Shown here: positions 19,212 through 28,567 of the stretch, piece by piece
Layout of the letters: each line of letters opens with the position of its first letter
Position numbering within the stretch: position 1 is the stretch's first letter
Origin: a virus
DNA: 64,000 nt
Virus record (IMG/VR): IMGVR_UViG_3300019776_000919
Span: 105,714 to 169,713 of that record
Strand: one strand, 5' to 3'
Program-made: the position numbers and the translations under genes
The notes under the pieces: model-generated
Told to the model about the DNA's origin: nothing
What the model saw: the letters and a program-made list of their open reading frames with translations, nothing else
The model's database searches: none

Positions 19212-20674
19212 GATTGATCTTTCATAACTTGTTTAATTTGGTCAAAAACAACTTGCTTATCATCGCTCATACCTGATAAGTATTTGTCTATTGATACCGG
19301 GGCTTTACCAAACATAGGCTTAGGATGAACACTTAGATAATGTTCAATGTCCATATGTCTTTCCTCTTTTGGCAAGTGTTCATGAGATTCATATCTAGCC
19401 CCTCGTCCAACTACTTGCTTTATCTTGCTAGGGTTAAAGTGGGGTTCGAGTACTTGAGTTAGTTTAGTACCTTTAAGATCAAGCCCCTCTGCACCGGAGC
19501 TGGATACTAAAAGAACCTTAACTTTACCTGAATTGTAATTCTTTACCGCCTCATCTTTCTCCGCTTGACTTAGCTTGCCAGAAAACACTACGTGAGGAAT
19601 ATCCTCTTCACTTAGTTTTTTAGCATATTCATGTACACCGGCATCTAAATAATTGCTATAGACAAGACCTTTAAAATTCTTATCCGAACCCATTTTTGTT
19701 TTAAGATTTTCAACAGCCTTCTTTATCTTGGGAGTGTACTCGACATTTTCTGTGTCTTGATGCAGGTGACGATGAGAGTTAGAGACTTGACGAACTCCCG
19801 TTGAGAACGAATTTAACTGGGCTTTTTCTTGTTTATCTAAAGGGAGGTTATTTCTAATTTTCATTCTAAGCCAGAAAGGTATTTGACCTTCCATAAACTT
19901 ATACATTCTTCCTTGTTCAGGAGACATGTCTACTTCTATTGTTTTAGAAGAAGTAGTTGGAAATTTAGACTTAGATTCTGGATCGTCTTTTACATCGTAA
20001 TAAGAAACGTGATCCTTAAACAGAGACCCTAATGCTTTCTTATTTCTAAGTACATCCACTTCTTTGGCGGGATGACGTAACAATACTTCCGCCAGACTTC
20101 TAGGTACTTTTTCTTTACCTAAAAAATGCTTTTCAAATTCTTTTCTATTCTCAGGTAAAACCTTGCCGCCATAAGCCATATTCATGATAGGCGCAATATC
20201 AGCAGCATGGTTGTAGTTAGCAGTAGCAGTAGCTAACACTCTTTTGTCAGCGTCTTGAAATATTTCAGATAAAGCTTGAGTTCTTTTAGTTTCAGTATTG
20301 CGAAGACGTTGTGCTTCGTCGGCAATAGCTAGTACGTATTTATTTTTCTTTAGTTCTGGAGCTATTCTGGTAGCTTTTTCGTAAGAGTAAACATCAAGTC
20401 TTTTACGATCAATTTTTAACTTGTGTTTTTTAATCTCCTTATCTACGTTACTAACTAAGCTAGCGGGGGCTACAACCAATACCTTACCATCTTTATTCTT
20501 GGCTTGAGCACGTTCAGCGGCAACTAAGAAGCCACGAGTTTTTCCAGAGCCCGTTCCCCAGTGTAAAACTACACCATCATTTTTTTCTAGCTTGTCTAAA
20601 GCAGCTTCTACATGAGGGCGTTCCTTTCTACTCTCGGGTTCTGACTTAGCAATTTTCACCAGGTATGGATTCAT
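19208..20674 (-). CDS. SNF2-like SF2 helicase with MNPYLVKIA N-terminal tag
   Basis: GTGSGKT, ADEAQ, ATAT, EGLDLK, QVVGRGAR. Confidence 0.88.
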   Translation of the reverse strand: MNPYLVKIAKSEPESRKERPHVEAALDKLEKNDGVVLHWGTGSGKTRGFLVAAERAQAKNKDGKVLVVAPASLVSNVDKEIKKHKLKIDRKRLDVYSYEKATRIAPELKKNKYVLAIADEAQRLRNTETKRTQALSEIFQDADKRVLATATANYNHAADIAPIMNMAYGGKVLPENRKEFEKHFLGKEKVPRSLAEVLLRHPAKEVDVLRNKKALGSLFKDHVSYYDVKDDPESKSKFPTTSSKTIEVDMSPEQGRMYKFMEGQIPFWLRMKIRNNLPLDKQEKAQLNSFSTGVRQVSNSHRHLHQDTENVEYTPKIKKAVENLKTKMGSDKNFKGLVYSNYLDAGVHEYAKKLSEEDIPHVVFSGKLSQAEKDEAVKNYNSGKVKVLLVSSSGAEGLDLKGTKLTQVLEPHFNPSKIKQVVGRGARYESHEHLPKEERHMDIEHYLSVHPKPMFGKAPVSIDKYLSGMSDDKQVVFDQIKQVMKDQS

Positions 20675-21534
20675 TTTTGTTTATTTTCTAATTCTTTATC
20701 AACGTCTATACCGGGAGCAATACCCCAATTAAGCAACGCTTGTCTTCTTTTAGGTTGAACAGAGAGATCTTGCAGGGTAGGGTCAGCTTTTTGTAATTGA
20801 GCTAAATGCCTGGCTTTAAAGCTAATCCAACGTTTCATCTGACGCTCATCGTCATCGGTCCTCTTACCTGCCACATACCCTTTGTACCATTGATACCAAC
20901 CTTGGGGGTGTTCTTGATTGTGCCACGTATCAGGCCATTTGTCTAGGCTAGCTCGTACCTTGAAAAAATTGCCAGAAGGATCCCCGTCATTGTACTGAGA
21001 CCCTTTATGAACCAACACCCCTAATCGTTGCATTTGATCAGGGGTTAAATCTGGACGAAACTTAGTCCGAACTTCCTCACTGGAAACTGCAATCTTAGTT
21101 AGATATTTGTTTGAGTTCATTGTCGCCTTTTTTTCTAAACCTAGGTTTTTAAACAACCAAGGCTTACCTTTACCATACTTTGTTTCATCCAATTTCTTTA
21201 ACAAAAACCGAGACCCGTCCTTAGTAGAGATAACCAATTTATCTTCATCATCTTGGGGTTCTACCGTAGCTTTACGCACCCAGTCTAGATAAGTTACACC
21301 ACCGCCATATTCACCTTTAGGTATAACTACTTTTTTACTTAAAGCGTATTCTCTATCATGGACAGGTTGCTCAAAAAGGAGTATTGATTTACCCGGCTCA
21401 GGAAGTTCTTTTTTAGTAGCCCATGAATATGCCTTATCGCCTAGGACCATTCTATAATCCCAATGTAATCCCATTCGGTCAGCTTCGTGTCTCTGACGAG
21501 TAAATAATATTTGTTGACCTGATAGAGGATGCAT
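20671..21534 (-). CDS. LigD-type 3'-phosphoesterase domain fused to a domain of unknown function
   Basis: QRHEA..LHWDYR..SWA..EQPVH N-domain; C-domain FRPDLTP..GWYQWY..DDERQMKRW; internal MNSNKYLTKIA at the junction. Confidence 0.75.
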   Translation of the reverse strand: MHPLSGQQILFTRQRHEADRMGLHWDYRMVLGDKAYSWATKKELPEPGKSILLFEQPVHDREYALSKKVVIPKGEYGGGVTYLDWVRKATVEPQDDEDKLVISTKDGSRFLLKKLDETKYGKGKPWLFKNLGLEKKATMNSNKYLTKIAVSSEEVRTKFRPDLTPDQMQRLGVLVHKGSQYNDGDPSGNFFKVRASLDKWPDTWHNQEHPQGWYQWYKGYVAGKRTDDDERQMKRWISFKARHLAQLQKADPTLQDLSVQPKRRQALLNWGIAPGIDVDKELENKQK

Positions 21535-21550
21535 TGTAATTGAGTAATCT

Positions 21551-21587
21551 AAAAAATAGAACCTGGATTATACCAAGTTCTATTTTA
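21551..21587 (-). terminator. hairpin terminator overlapping promoter-like TAAAAT and TGGTATAAT
   Basis: AAAATAGAAC-TTGG/CCAG-GTTCTATTTTTT stem on the - strand. Confidence 0.55.
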
Positions 21588-21600
21588 GCTTTCCTGTATT

Positions 21601-23163
21601 TTAGAAAGGAAGATTGCCGTAGAATTCAGGCTTAGCCATCAAACTTAGCAATTCTTTTCTCGTAGCAGGAGAACCTTCAATTGAATTTACAAATTCTTCA
21701 ACTTTCTTGTTTTTTGCATCAATTATGATTTTATGAAATCTCGGTTCTTTTGCTAAAATCCCCATAATGTCATTGATTCTAACTTTAGTAGAGATTGAGC
21801 TATTACGCCTTTCCAGGAAAAATGTCAATATTTTTCGTAAAGCATTTATCTTAGGGATATTTTCAAACGGGTGATCTTTGTTATTAATTCGACTGAACAT
21901 TTCTAAACAAATCGAATCAAATTGACCTTCTGGATTCCAATATGACCTGGATGTGATTGCAGTATAAAAACTGCTAAGGGAATACCCGTTGCTTGAAGTA
22001 TTTTCGTAGAATGGTACGAAATCAGATAACTTAATTTTTTCCTTGAAAATTTCTTCCTTATTATCAATAATTGATATATGAGATTCCCATGTATTCGGGT
22101 CCGCATTTAGAAACGATAGGGTTAAGGATTTATCTAACCGAGGTATACCAAATAATTGATAGTCTGGAACTTTAAAAAGGACACTTGCAACATCTGTTGT
22201 TTTATTGACAGGGCCGCCTGGAATTCTAAATTGATAGTTGCTGATCCAAAAATGACAAATTTTGGATTTAACAATTCCGGAATTTAAATCACCGGCAGTT
22301 ACTTTTACGTAATAGCTCAAACAAATGCTAGCAGGGATATTCCTAGCCCCGTCTTCATAGACCTCAAACACATTTATCAGTGTTAATTCCGTATTGAGCT
22401 TAGAGTATCCCAATGCATTATGTAGACTAACACCTGTTAAAATTACCGGTGTTGATCTTGTACTTTCTGCAACCGCTCTAGTATTAGAACTACTAGATTG
22501 GAAAAGATATCTAATAGCTAAATAGAAATTTCTTATGCTACTTGCTTTTTCTGCGTGCAGTTCGTAATGACTTTCATAACGATTTAGTTTTCTGCCAGCA
22601 ATCTCCATCAAATCCTTTTGGTCAAATTTTATACCATGAATTCTTTTAACGGAACTGTCTAAGACAATTTCATTCATTAACGGTTTAATCTTCAGGGTAT
22701 TAAGTACATAAGATTCCCAACCGGTAATTTGACCCAGTGACCAAGCAGACCTGTCAAAACACAAAGGGGTTACGTCATTAAGCTGATAATCAGACTTAAC
22801 ACCCCAACCAGCTTTGGACGGGGTAATAGAAGCATCCCCCCAGTTTATACTATCTTCAAAATCTAAAGAGTAAGGGTCAAATCTAGTGACAGCCCCGTCC
22901 GCAATACCAGCGGTTCTGGGGGTTTTTGCAAAAACACCCTGTACCTTTACAAATTTAGGTATCTTGAACCCTTTGACGTATTCTGCTCCAGGTACGTTTT
23001 CAAGAGTAGTACTCATTTTGAAAGACTCAAACTGAGGATACATACCGTCTGGAATAGAATTAGGTTGACCTAAAACAGAAGGTATTTTATTTGAAAGGGT
23101 TTCTTTAATAAGCTCTGGAACAGTTTCTGTTGATTCCAGTTTCACTTCAAAATCTGAACTCAT
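21601..23163 (-). CDS. hypothetical protein
   Basis: 520 aa ORF with its own TGGTATAAG motif. Confidence 0.8.
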   Translation of the reverse strand: MSSDFEVKLESTETVPELIKETLSNKIPSVLGQPNSIPDGMYPQFESFKMSTTLENVPGAEYVKGFKIPKFVKVQGVFAKTPRTAGIADGAVTRFDPYSLDFEDSINWGDASITPSKAGWGVKSDYQLNDVTPLCFDRSAWSLGQITGWESYVLNTLKIKPLMNEIVLDSSVKRIHGIKFDQKDLMEIAGRKLNRYESHYELHAEKASSIRNFYLAIRYLFQSSSSNTRAVAESTRSTPVILTGVSLHNALGYSKLNTELTLINVFEVYEDGARNIPASICLSYYVKVTAGDLNSGIVKSKICHFWISNYQFRIPGGPVNKTTDVASVLFKVPDYQLFGIPRLDKSLTLSFLNADPNTWESHISIIDNKEEIFKEKIKLSDFVPFYENTSSNGYSLSSFYTAITSRSYWNPEGQFDSICLEMFSRINNKDHPFENIPKINALRKILTFFLERRNSSISTKVRINDIMGILAKEPRFHKIIIDAKNKKVEEFVNSIEGSPATRKELLSLMAKPEFYGNLPF

Positions 23164-23196
23164 AATGGTTAGACTTAAATTGGTTAATGTATTTTT

Positions 23197-23205
23197 CTTA
23201 TACCA
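23197..23205 (-). promoter_or_regulatory. TGGTATAAG promoter-like motif
   Basis: Exact copy upstream of 23163. Confidence 0.65.
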
Positions 23206-23261
23206 GAAATACTAGATATTTGTAATTGCATCTAATACTTCTTTACTGCTAAAATATAACC

Positions 23262-25088
23262 ATGTCTGAAAAGTTAACAACTCCTGGTGCAATATTACTT
23301 AAGCACTCTATGCCCAATAAAGAAACTAGGGATGACTATGATCTATATAGACCTTTGGATAAAAAAGGCGTAGCCAACGTAGTAGCATCTTTAATGAAGC
23401 ATGGTGGACCTGAAGCCGCTGAACACATAAATAGTTTGGGTAAATTATTCTTTAACACTGCAAGTGAAATCGGGGCCTCAACCCCTTTGTCAGACTACGT
23501 TAATAATAGTGATGAAAGACACGCTATTACTAATGAGTATGAAATGAAAGTAAACAAGATTATGCTTTCAGATAAATCAAAAGCTCAAAAGAATAATGAA
23601 CTTAAAGAACTTACCGGACAATACAACTTAAAGATCGAAGACCAAAACTTAGCGTTTTTAGATAGTAAGGGCTCAGTAGCTGCTAAGATGGCTAGAACGG
23701 GTGCCCGAGGAAATAAAGCTCAGTTGGCCAGTGGTACTGCCACTCCTCTAATGTCTTTGAATGTTAAGGGTGAGTTGATCCCGTTAGTTATTAAGAAAAG
23801 CTTTGCTGAAGGTATGACTCCGGCTGAATTAATAGCTTTGAGTTACATGGGCAGAAGTTCGACTGTAATGTCTCAGTTAAGTACATCTTTACCTGGAGCA
23901 TTGTTTAAAAAGCTTTCACCTACTGTATTTCATGAAGTTATTACAACAGATGATTGCGGCACTAAGAACGGAATAGATGTTCCTACTGAAGATAAATCTA
24001 GTCTGCTAGGTAGATACACTGCAGGTTATAGTGTTTTAATCACCGAACCTTACTTGAAAGATGCAATCAATTCCGGCAAGAAAAACTTAAAAGTTAGAAG
24101 TGCCTCTACTTGTGAAGCTAAAGAAGGTGTGTGTCAAAAATGTTTTGGATTAATGGCTAACGGTAGATTACCCGAGATCGGGACTAATGTAGGCGTTATT
24201 GCTGCTCAGAGCGTTTCAGAAATTCTAACCCAGCGCATGTTAAGTACAAAGCACCAAGCCAACGTTGGAGCCCGTAAGGGTAATGCGTATGAGTTAGCCG
24301 CCAATCTTATGAATAACCCCACGGAGAACTTTAAAGATGAGGCTACCTTGTCTACTAAGAACGGCATAGTGAACGATATTAAGAAGACTGCACTGGATGC
24401 CTCTCATGTTTACATTGACGGTAAAATGCATTTCGTACCTATTGAACAACAAGTCTTGGTTCAAAAAGGTGACACGGTAAAAATTGGACAACCTATTTCT
24501 ACCGGCACTTTGAACCCTAGAAAGTTGGTAGATTTACGAGGTATCGGGGCCGGTAGAGAATACATGGCTAAAGAACTGAGAAGTATTTACGGAGGTGATT
24601 TAGATCCTCGCCATTTTGAAATTATCGCTAAAAATTTGATTAAGTATGTAGAAGTACAAAACCCTGGTAATACTGGACTTCTACCGGGAGATAAGGTAGA
24701 AGTTAACACTATTCGTAAGTATTTGGATAAAGGATCTGCTGCTGTACATATTAATAAAGCAGAGGGTAGTGTGTTATCCAAAGGAGTTGGTAACTTAGTA
24801 CCTGGCACTTTATTGGACAAAAATCACATCGATGATTTAAAAGAATTAGGAGTAGAGTCAGTATCCGTGAGCAATACTGGATTGACTGTCAAGCCTATTG
24901 TCCCAGGCCTACAAACCGCTAAGATGCTAGATAAAAATTGGGTTTCTAAATTAAGTTTTTCAAGGTTGAGAGATTCATTAAAAGAAAGCACTGCTACCGG
25001 GGCAGAAAGTGAAATTCACAGCACTGATCCTATTGCTAGTTATGTAATGGGTTCAGAGTTTGGCGAAGGCGTACATGGTAAGTATTAA
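23262..25088 (+). CDS. rpoC: RNA polymerase beta' C-terminal subunit
   Basis: TGARG, SFAEG, DCGT, C....GVCQKCFG Zn site, trigger-loop GVIAAQSVSE..TQ...TKH, RHFEII. Confidence 0.9.
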   Translation: MSEKLTTPGAILLKHSMPNKETRDDYDLYRPLDKKGVANVVASLMKHGGPEAAEHINSLGKLFFNTASEIGASTPLSDYVNNSDERHAITNEYEMKVNKIMLSDKSKAQKNNELKELTGQYNLKIEDQNLAFLDSKGSVAAKMARTGARGNKAQLASGTATPLMSLNVKGELIPLVIKKSFAEGMTPAELIALSYMGRSSTVMSQLSTSLPGALFKKLSPTVFHEVITTDDCGTKNGIDVPTEDKSSLLGRYTAGYSVLITEPYLKDAINSGKKNLKVRSASTCEAKEGVCQKCFGLMANGRLPEIGTNVGVIAAQSVSEILTQRMLSTKHQANVGARKGNAYELAANLMNNPTENFKDEATLSTKNGIVNDIKKTALDASHVYIDGKMHFVPIEQQVLVQKGDTVKIGQPISTGTLNPRKLVDLRGIGAGREYMAKELRSIYGGDLDPRHFEIIAKNLIKYVEVQNPGNTGLLPGDKVEVNTIRKYLDKGSAAVHINKAEGSVLSKGVGNLVPGTLLDKNHIDDLKELGVESVSVSNTGLTVKPIVPGLQTAKMLDKNWVSKLSFSRLRDSLKESTATGAESEIHSTDPIASYVMGSEFGEGVHGKY

Positions 25089-25094
25089 TTAAAT

Positions 25095-25901
25095 ATGGCA
25101 ACTACAATAAAAGGGGTTTCTGCTACTAGCGGGCAGAGAGTGGCCAAGATCAAGGATATAGTTAAAACCTTGATAGATTCTCATTTCCCGTCCACATTAG
25201 CTAGAGAGCCTGATATCATCAACGTAGTCAATGCACTTTGCTTTTTGGAAAGTTCTTATAACTATAATGCTGTTGGTGGGGTAGTATCTTCTACTCCTCA
25301 TACTGGCGGCGGTATTTATCTATCAAGCTCTGCAGTATCAGCAGTAATGAATAACCCGAGTTCAACTCCTACTCAGAAAAGTAATATTTTGCAAGGACTT
25401 ACTGCCTTAGGGGTTATGCAGGTAATGGGTCATAATTTTGTAAAAGGCGGAACCCCTTCTGGTAAATCTGAACTTGAAAGACTTAGACCTGACATAGCCA
25501 GTACATTAGTAGTAAATCCCGGGGATGATATAAGAGCTTCTGTACTGGGGGAATCAAATTTACAAAAAGCAATTCTTGCAGGGTTAATTATCCTGGAAGG
25601 TAAATATAGATCTGTTAATCAAACCGGTTCATATTTTTCTATTAAAGCAGATCCTTATGCTAGAAAATTTTCAAGTAGATTGCAGGGGGCTGTGGCTGCA
25701 TATTTAGGATTAGGTAAACAAGACAAAAATGGTACTACTCCTGAGAACTATGCTAATCAAATATTAGGCGGTTCTATTTACGCCCAGGCAAATGGTAAAG
25801 GATCTATTTATGTCAGAGATACTGACTTAAATCTGGCTTTAGCATCTACCCCTTCTACCAACGGATCCAGTATGCATACGTTAGGCCCTGCTGGTTGCTA
25901 A
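25095..25901 (+). CDS. lytic transglycosylase (SLT)-like protein
   Basis: LESSYN catalytic Glu motif, GVMQVM, AVAAY. Confidence 0.6.
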   Translation: MATTIKGVSATSGQRVAKIKDIVKTLIDSHFPSTLAREPDIINVVNALCFLESSYNYNAVGGVVSSTPHTGGGIYLSSSAVSAVMNNPSSTPTQKSNILQGLTALGVMQVMGHNFVKGGTPSGKSELERLRPDIASTLVVNPGDDIRASVLGESNLQKAILAGLIILEGKYRSVNQTGSYFSIKADPYARKFSSRLQGAVAAYLGLGKQDKNGTTPENYANQILGGSIYAQANGKGSIYVRDTDLNLALASTPSTNGSSMHTLGPAGC

Positions 25902-25913
25902 CTCAATTATACA

Positions 25914-25926
25914 TACGAACTAAAAT
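25914..25926 (+). promoter_or_regulatory. + strand promoter-like motif TACGAAYTAAAAT
   Basis: Same 13-mer at 28549 and 56330, all intergenic before structural genes. Confidence 0.6.
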
Positions 25927-25959
25927 AAGCTATAATCCCACAACAGTAACTAAATAATT

Positions 25960-27879
25960 ATGGAATTCTCAGACATCGCTTTGGCTAAGTTTTTGCAAGT
26001 TGCCCCGGAACTAGGCCCCTACATTCTTAACTTCTCAAAGATTAATGATGAAATGGGGGATGCTACTTCGGGAGTAGAAGTTGGTGTATTTATTCTCAAT
26101 ACCGGTTCCGGCCTAGCGTATGTGCCGGTTATTGGTAAGGGTGATACAGTATTCCCTATTGATTCTATTTTCCTAGAATCGGAATCTCTGTTTAGACCTT
26201 TGAGCCCTTCTAGTATTTCATACATAGTAAATACTGCATCAACAAGCTTAGGTAAAACTGTTAAGATTCCAGACACTGTTGACCAAAATCCAAGTTTGAT
26301 GAACATGATCAATCCTCCTAGGACTGGTAAGTTCATATACGCGTCCGCTAGTAGACTGCCAGAATTCCTAGCCGTTGTACCAGGAAACATCAGAAAAGCT
26401 CTGTTTGAAAAAATTGCATCCGAGCAAAGTGTTTACACTTCCCTGGATAAACTGTTTGGCCTCAAGGCTATTTTCTCTGTTCTCAATGGGGATCATGGCG
26501 GCTCCGGCGTAGCTAACAATGTTGCTTCCGGACCCGATGCAGTTAGAGTAAACAATCTTTCTGTAATCACCACACCTCAAGAAGTAAAAGCTCTTTTAAA
26601 TGACGCTGCTGCCAAAACTTTCTTGGATCAAGGCTATGTAATTCAAGGCGAACCTGGAGCTTTCAGAGCTGCCGTATCATACTTTCCGTATGATAAGATT
26701 GGTCAATACTTTAAGATTAATCCCGCATCAGACGGTGGAAAAGACTATAAGATTGCAATGGGTAATGGAGAGGTAAATACTGCTTTCATTCCTAAATACC
26801 ATTTGCTAAATCCCGTACCCTCTAAGAACTCTTTGGCTGCTGTATTTGCAGACGGTAGCTATGCTACTGGAGAAATGATTGCAGTTGGCGGACCTCTTCT
26901 AAAAGAAGATGTATTGAATTTAGTATTTTCACTAAACCCCCCGATCCTATTAAAAGAGTTAAATCAACAAGACAGATTCCTGATTTTTACTACCTCTGGA
27001 GAAGCATTAGGCCCCTTTACTGCTCACGGAGTTATTCGTACCAGCATGGGCGTTGAGATCAAAACTTATTCCGGTAAAGTAAAACGTATTTGTGGTTATA
27101 ATAATTTCACTAAAGAAGTTGATCAAGTAGGTGATACACTATTTGTACCCTTTAATGCAATCGTCCTTCCATTAAGAGAAGATGTCACGTTAGACCTAGA
27201 ACGAAGCATTAATGGGGCTTTAAACAAACAAGAACTTTGTGCATCACAACTATTGAGTCAGGAAATGAATCTCCGTTATGACGGAGTAGAGTTTTCAACT
27301 GACGACAGAGTCCTTGGTAAATTTGCCTCTGCTATGAAGTATCTAGTAGAGGGTGAGAATATTGAACCAGACGTAGCTAGCAATTTCCTGAAACAAGCTG
27401 AAGAAACTAGTTACTTGAAGATCTTCATGTCTAAGGAAGCATCTGCTGCTTCTACTGATTTCAAGCCAGCAGAAATTCCTCAGTATGGTACTTCGGCACC
27501 TATGGATCAACAAGTTGGTTTAAACGGGGCGCTAATCCCGTCAATACAATCATCAACTGCTTTAGGGGATTCTCAAGTAGTTGAATCAACTATTATTTCC
27601 CAACTGCTGCAAGTACCTGATTTATTTGAATATATTCAGGAATACTTGCCTGAACTAGAACAAACAGTTGATAGACTGGGTAGAATTCTATTCATGACTC
27701 GTGCTAAAATTGATCAAATTTCAGCGTCGTTGGATTCGGATTCTGTTTTCAGCATGATTTCTCAGATTAAAACAGTTTATCGCCAACTCGGAGATACTAC
27801 CTTGAAGCTCAAGGGTATGTCTAATATGGCAATCGGCTATAAGAGAGAAGACGCTGAGAATACACCTCAAGGCTCTTAA
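25960..27879 (+). CDS. putative head/core protein
   Basis: 639 aa ORF in the head block; FEKIAS, LGKFAS, MSKEAS motifs. Confidence 0.6.
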   Translation: MEFSDIALAKFLQVAPELGPYILNFSKINDEMGDATSGVEVGVFILNTGSGLAYVPVIGKGDTVFPIDSIFLESESLFRPLSPSSISYIVNTASTSLGKTVKIPDTVDQNPSLMNMINPPRTGKFIYASASRLPEFLAVVPGNIRKALFEKIASEQSVYTSLDKLFGLKAIFSVLNGDHGGSGVANNVASGPDAVRVNNLSVITTPQEVKALLNDAAAKTFLDQGYVIQGEPGAFRAAVSYFPYDKIGQYFKINPASDGGKDYKIAMGNGEVNTAFIPKYHLLNPVPSKNSLAAVFADGSYATGEMIAVGGPLLKEDVLNLVFSLNPPILLKELNQQDRFLIFTTSGEALGPFTAHGVIRTSMGVEIKTYSGKVKRICGYNNFTKEVDQVGDTLFVPFNAIVLPLREDVTLDLERSINGALNKQELCASQLLSQEMNLRYDGVEFSTDDRVLGKFASAMKYLVEGENIEPDVASNFLKQAEETSYLKIFMSKEASAASTDFKPAEIPQYGTSAPMDQQVGLNGALIPSIQSSTALGDSQVVESTIISQLLQVPDLFEYIQEYLPELEQTVDRLGRILFMTRAKIDQISASLDSDSVFSMISQIKTVYRQLGDTTLKLKGMSNMAIGYKREDAENTPQGS

Positions 27880-27887
27880 GATTAACA

Positions 27888-28529
27888 ATGGCACAAGTAC
27901 ATGCCAAATTTCTTTTAGTAAGACAAAAAACTACGGGGGTTGATGCCACCGTAGATGCAATTCTTTCTGGAAAACCAGAGGACAAAGATACTAGGGCTTT
28001 ATTTGATAAGGCCCGTAGTATTTATAATTCCCCGATTAAAAAAAGCTACGTAGAAGCTTGCTTAATGGCAACCACGGACATGGATAAGATAGGTGAACTA
28101 TTATCCATGTCAAGAGAGTTGTTAGAGATGTATAAAAACATCTTCTTTGACATAGAGGGTTATGACAAGCTAAGCTTGATGGAGGTAATTGAAAATGCCG
28201 ACTCTCCCGATGAAAAAGGAATGAAGATTTGGGCATTGAGTCAAGGCCTGGACTTCGTAGCTTGGAGACTTGGAAAAGCCGTTAGTATTAATCCTGTTGA
28301 AGGCTTGCAGGAATTATTTACCTTAGCTGTCTATAAGAGTAAGGAAGCTTTATTCTCAGGTAAAGATACTGAGGCTAGTAAAGCTGCTACTACTTGGACA
28401 AAACTGAGTATGGACTTAGCCCGTATTCTTAAAGCTTGGGTGTCAGACTCGGAAGCTGCTAAAGCTGATATTGAATTGGCTTTGAAATCTATTGACCCTG
28501 AATTCCAAGGGTTTGACTCCATACAATAA
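27888..28529 (+). CDS. hypothetical protein (head block)
   Basis: 213 aa ORF in operon. Confidence 0.7.
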   Translation: MAQVHAKFLLVRQKTTGVDATVDAILSGKPEDKDTRALFDKARSIYNSPIKKSYVEACLMATTDMDKIGELLSMSRELLEMYKNIFFDIEGYDKLSLMEVIENADSPDEKGMKIWALSQGLDFVAWRLGKAVSINPVEGLQELFTLAVYKSKEALFSGKDTEASKAATTWTKLSMDLARILKAWVSDSEAAKADIELALKSIDPEFQGFDSIQ

Positions 28530-28548
28530 AACTAATACTTATTAGGCC

Positions 28549-28561
28549 TACGAATTAAAAT
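28549..28561 (+). promoter_or_regulatory. + strand promoter-like motif TACGAATTAAAAT
   Basis: Motif copy ending 6 nt before ATG 28568. Confidence 0.6.
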
Positions 28562-28567
28562 CAACTT

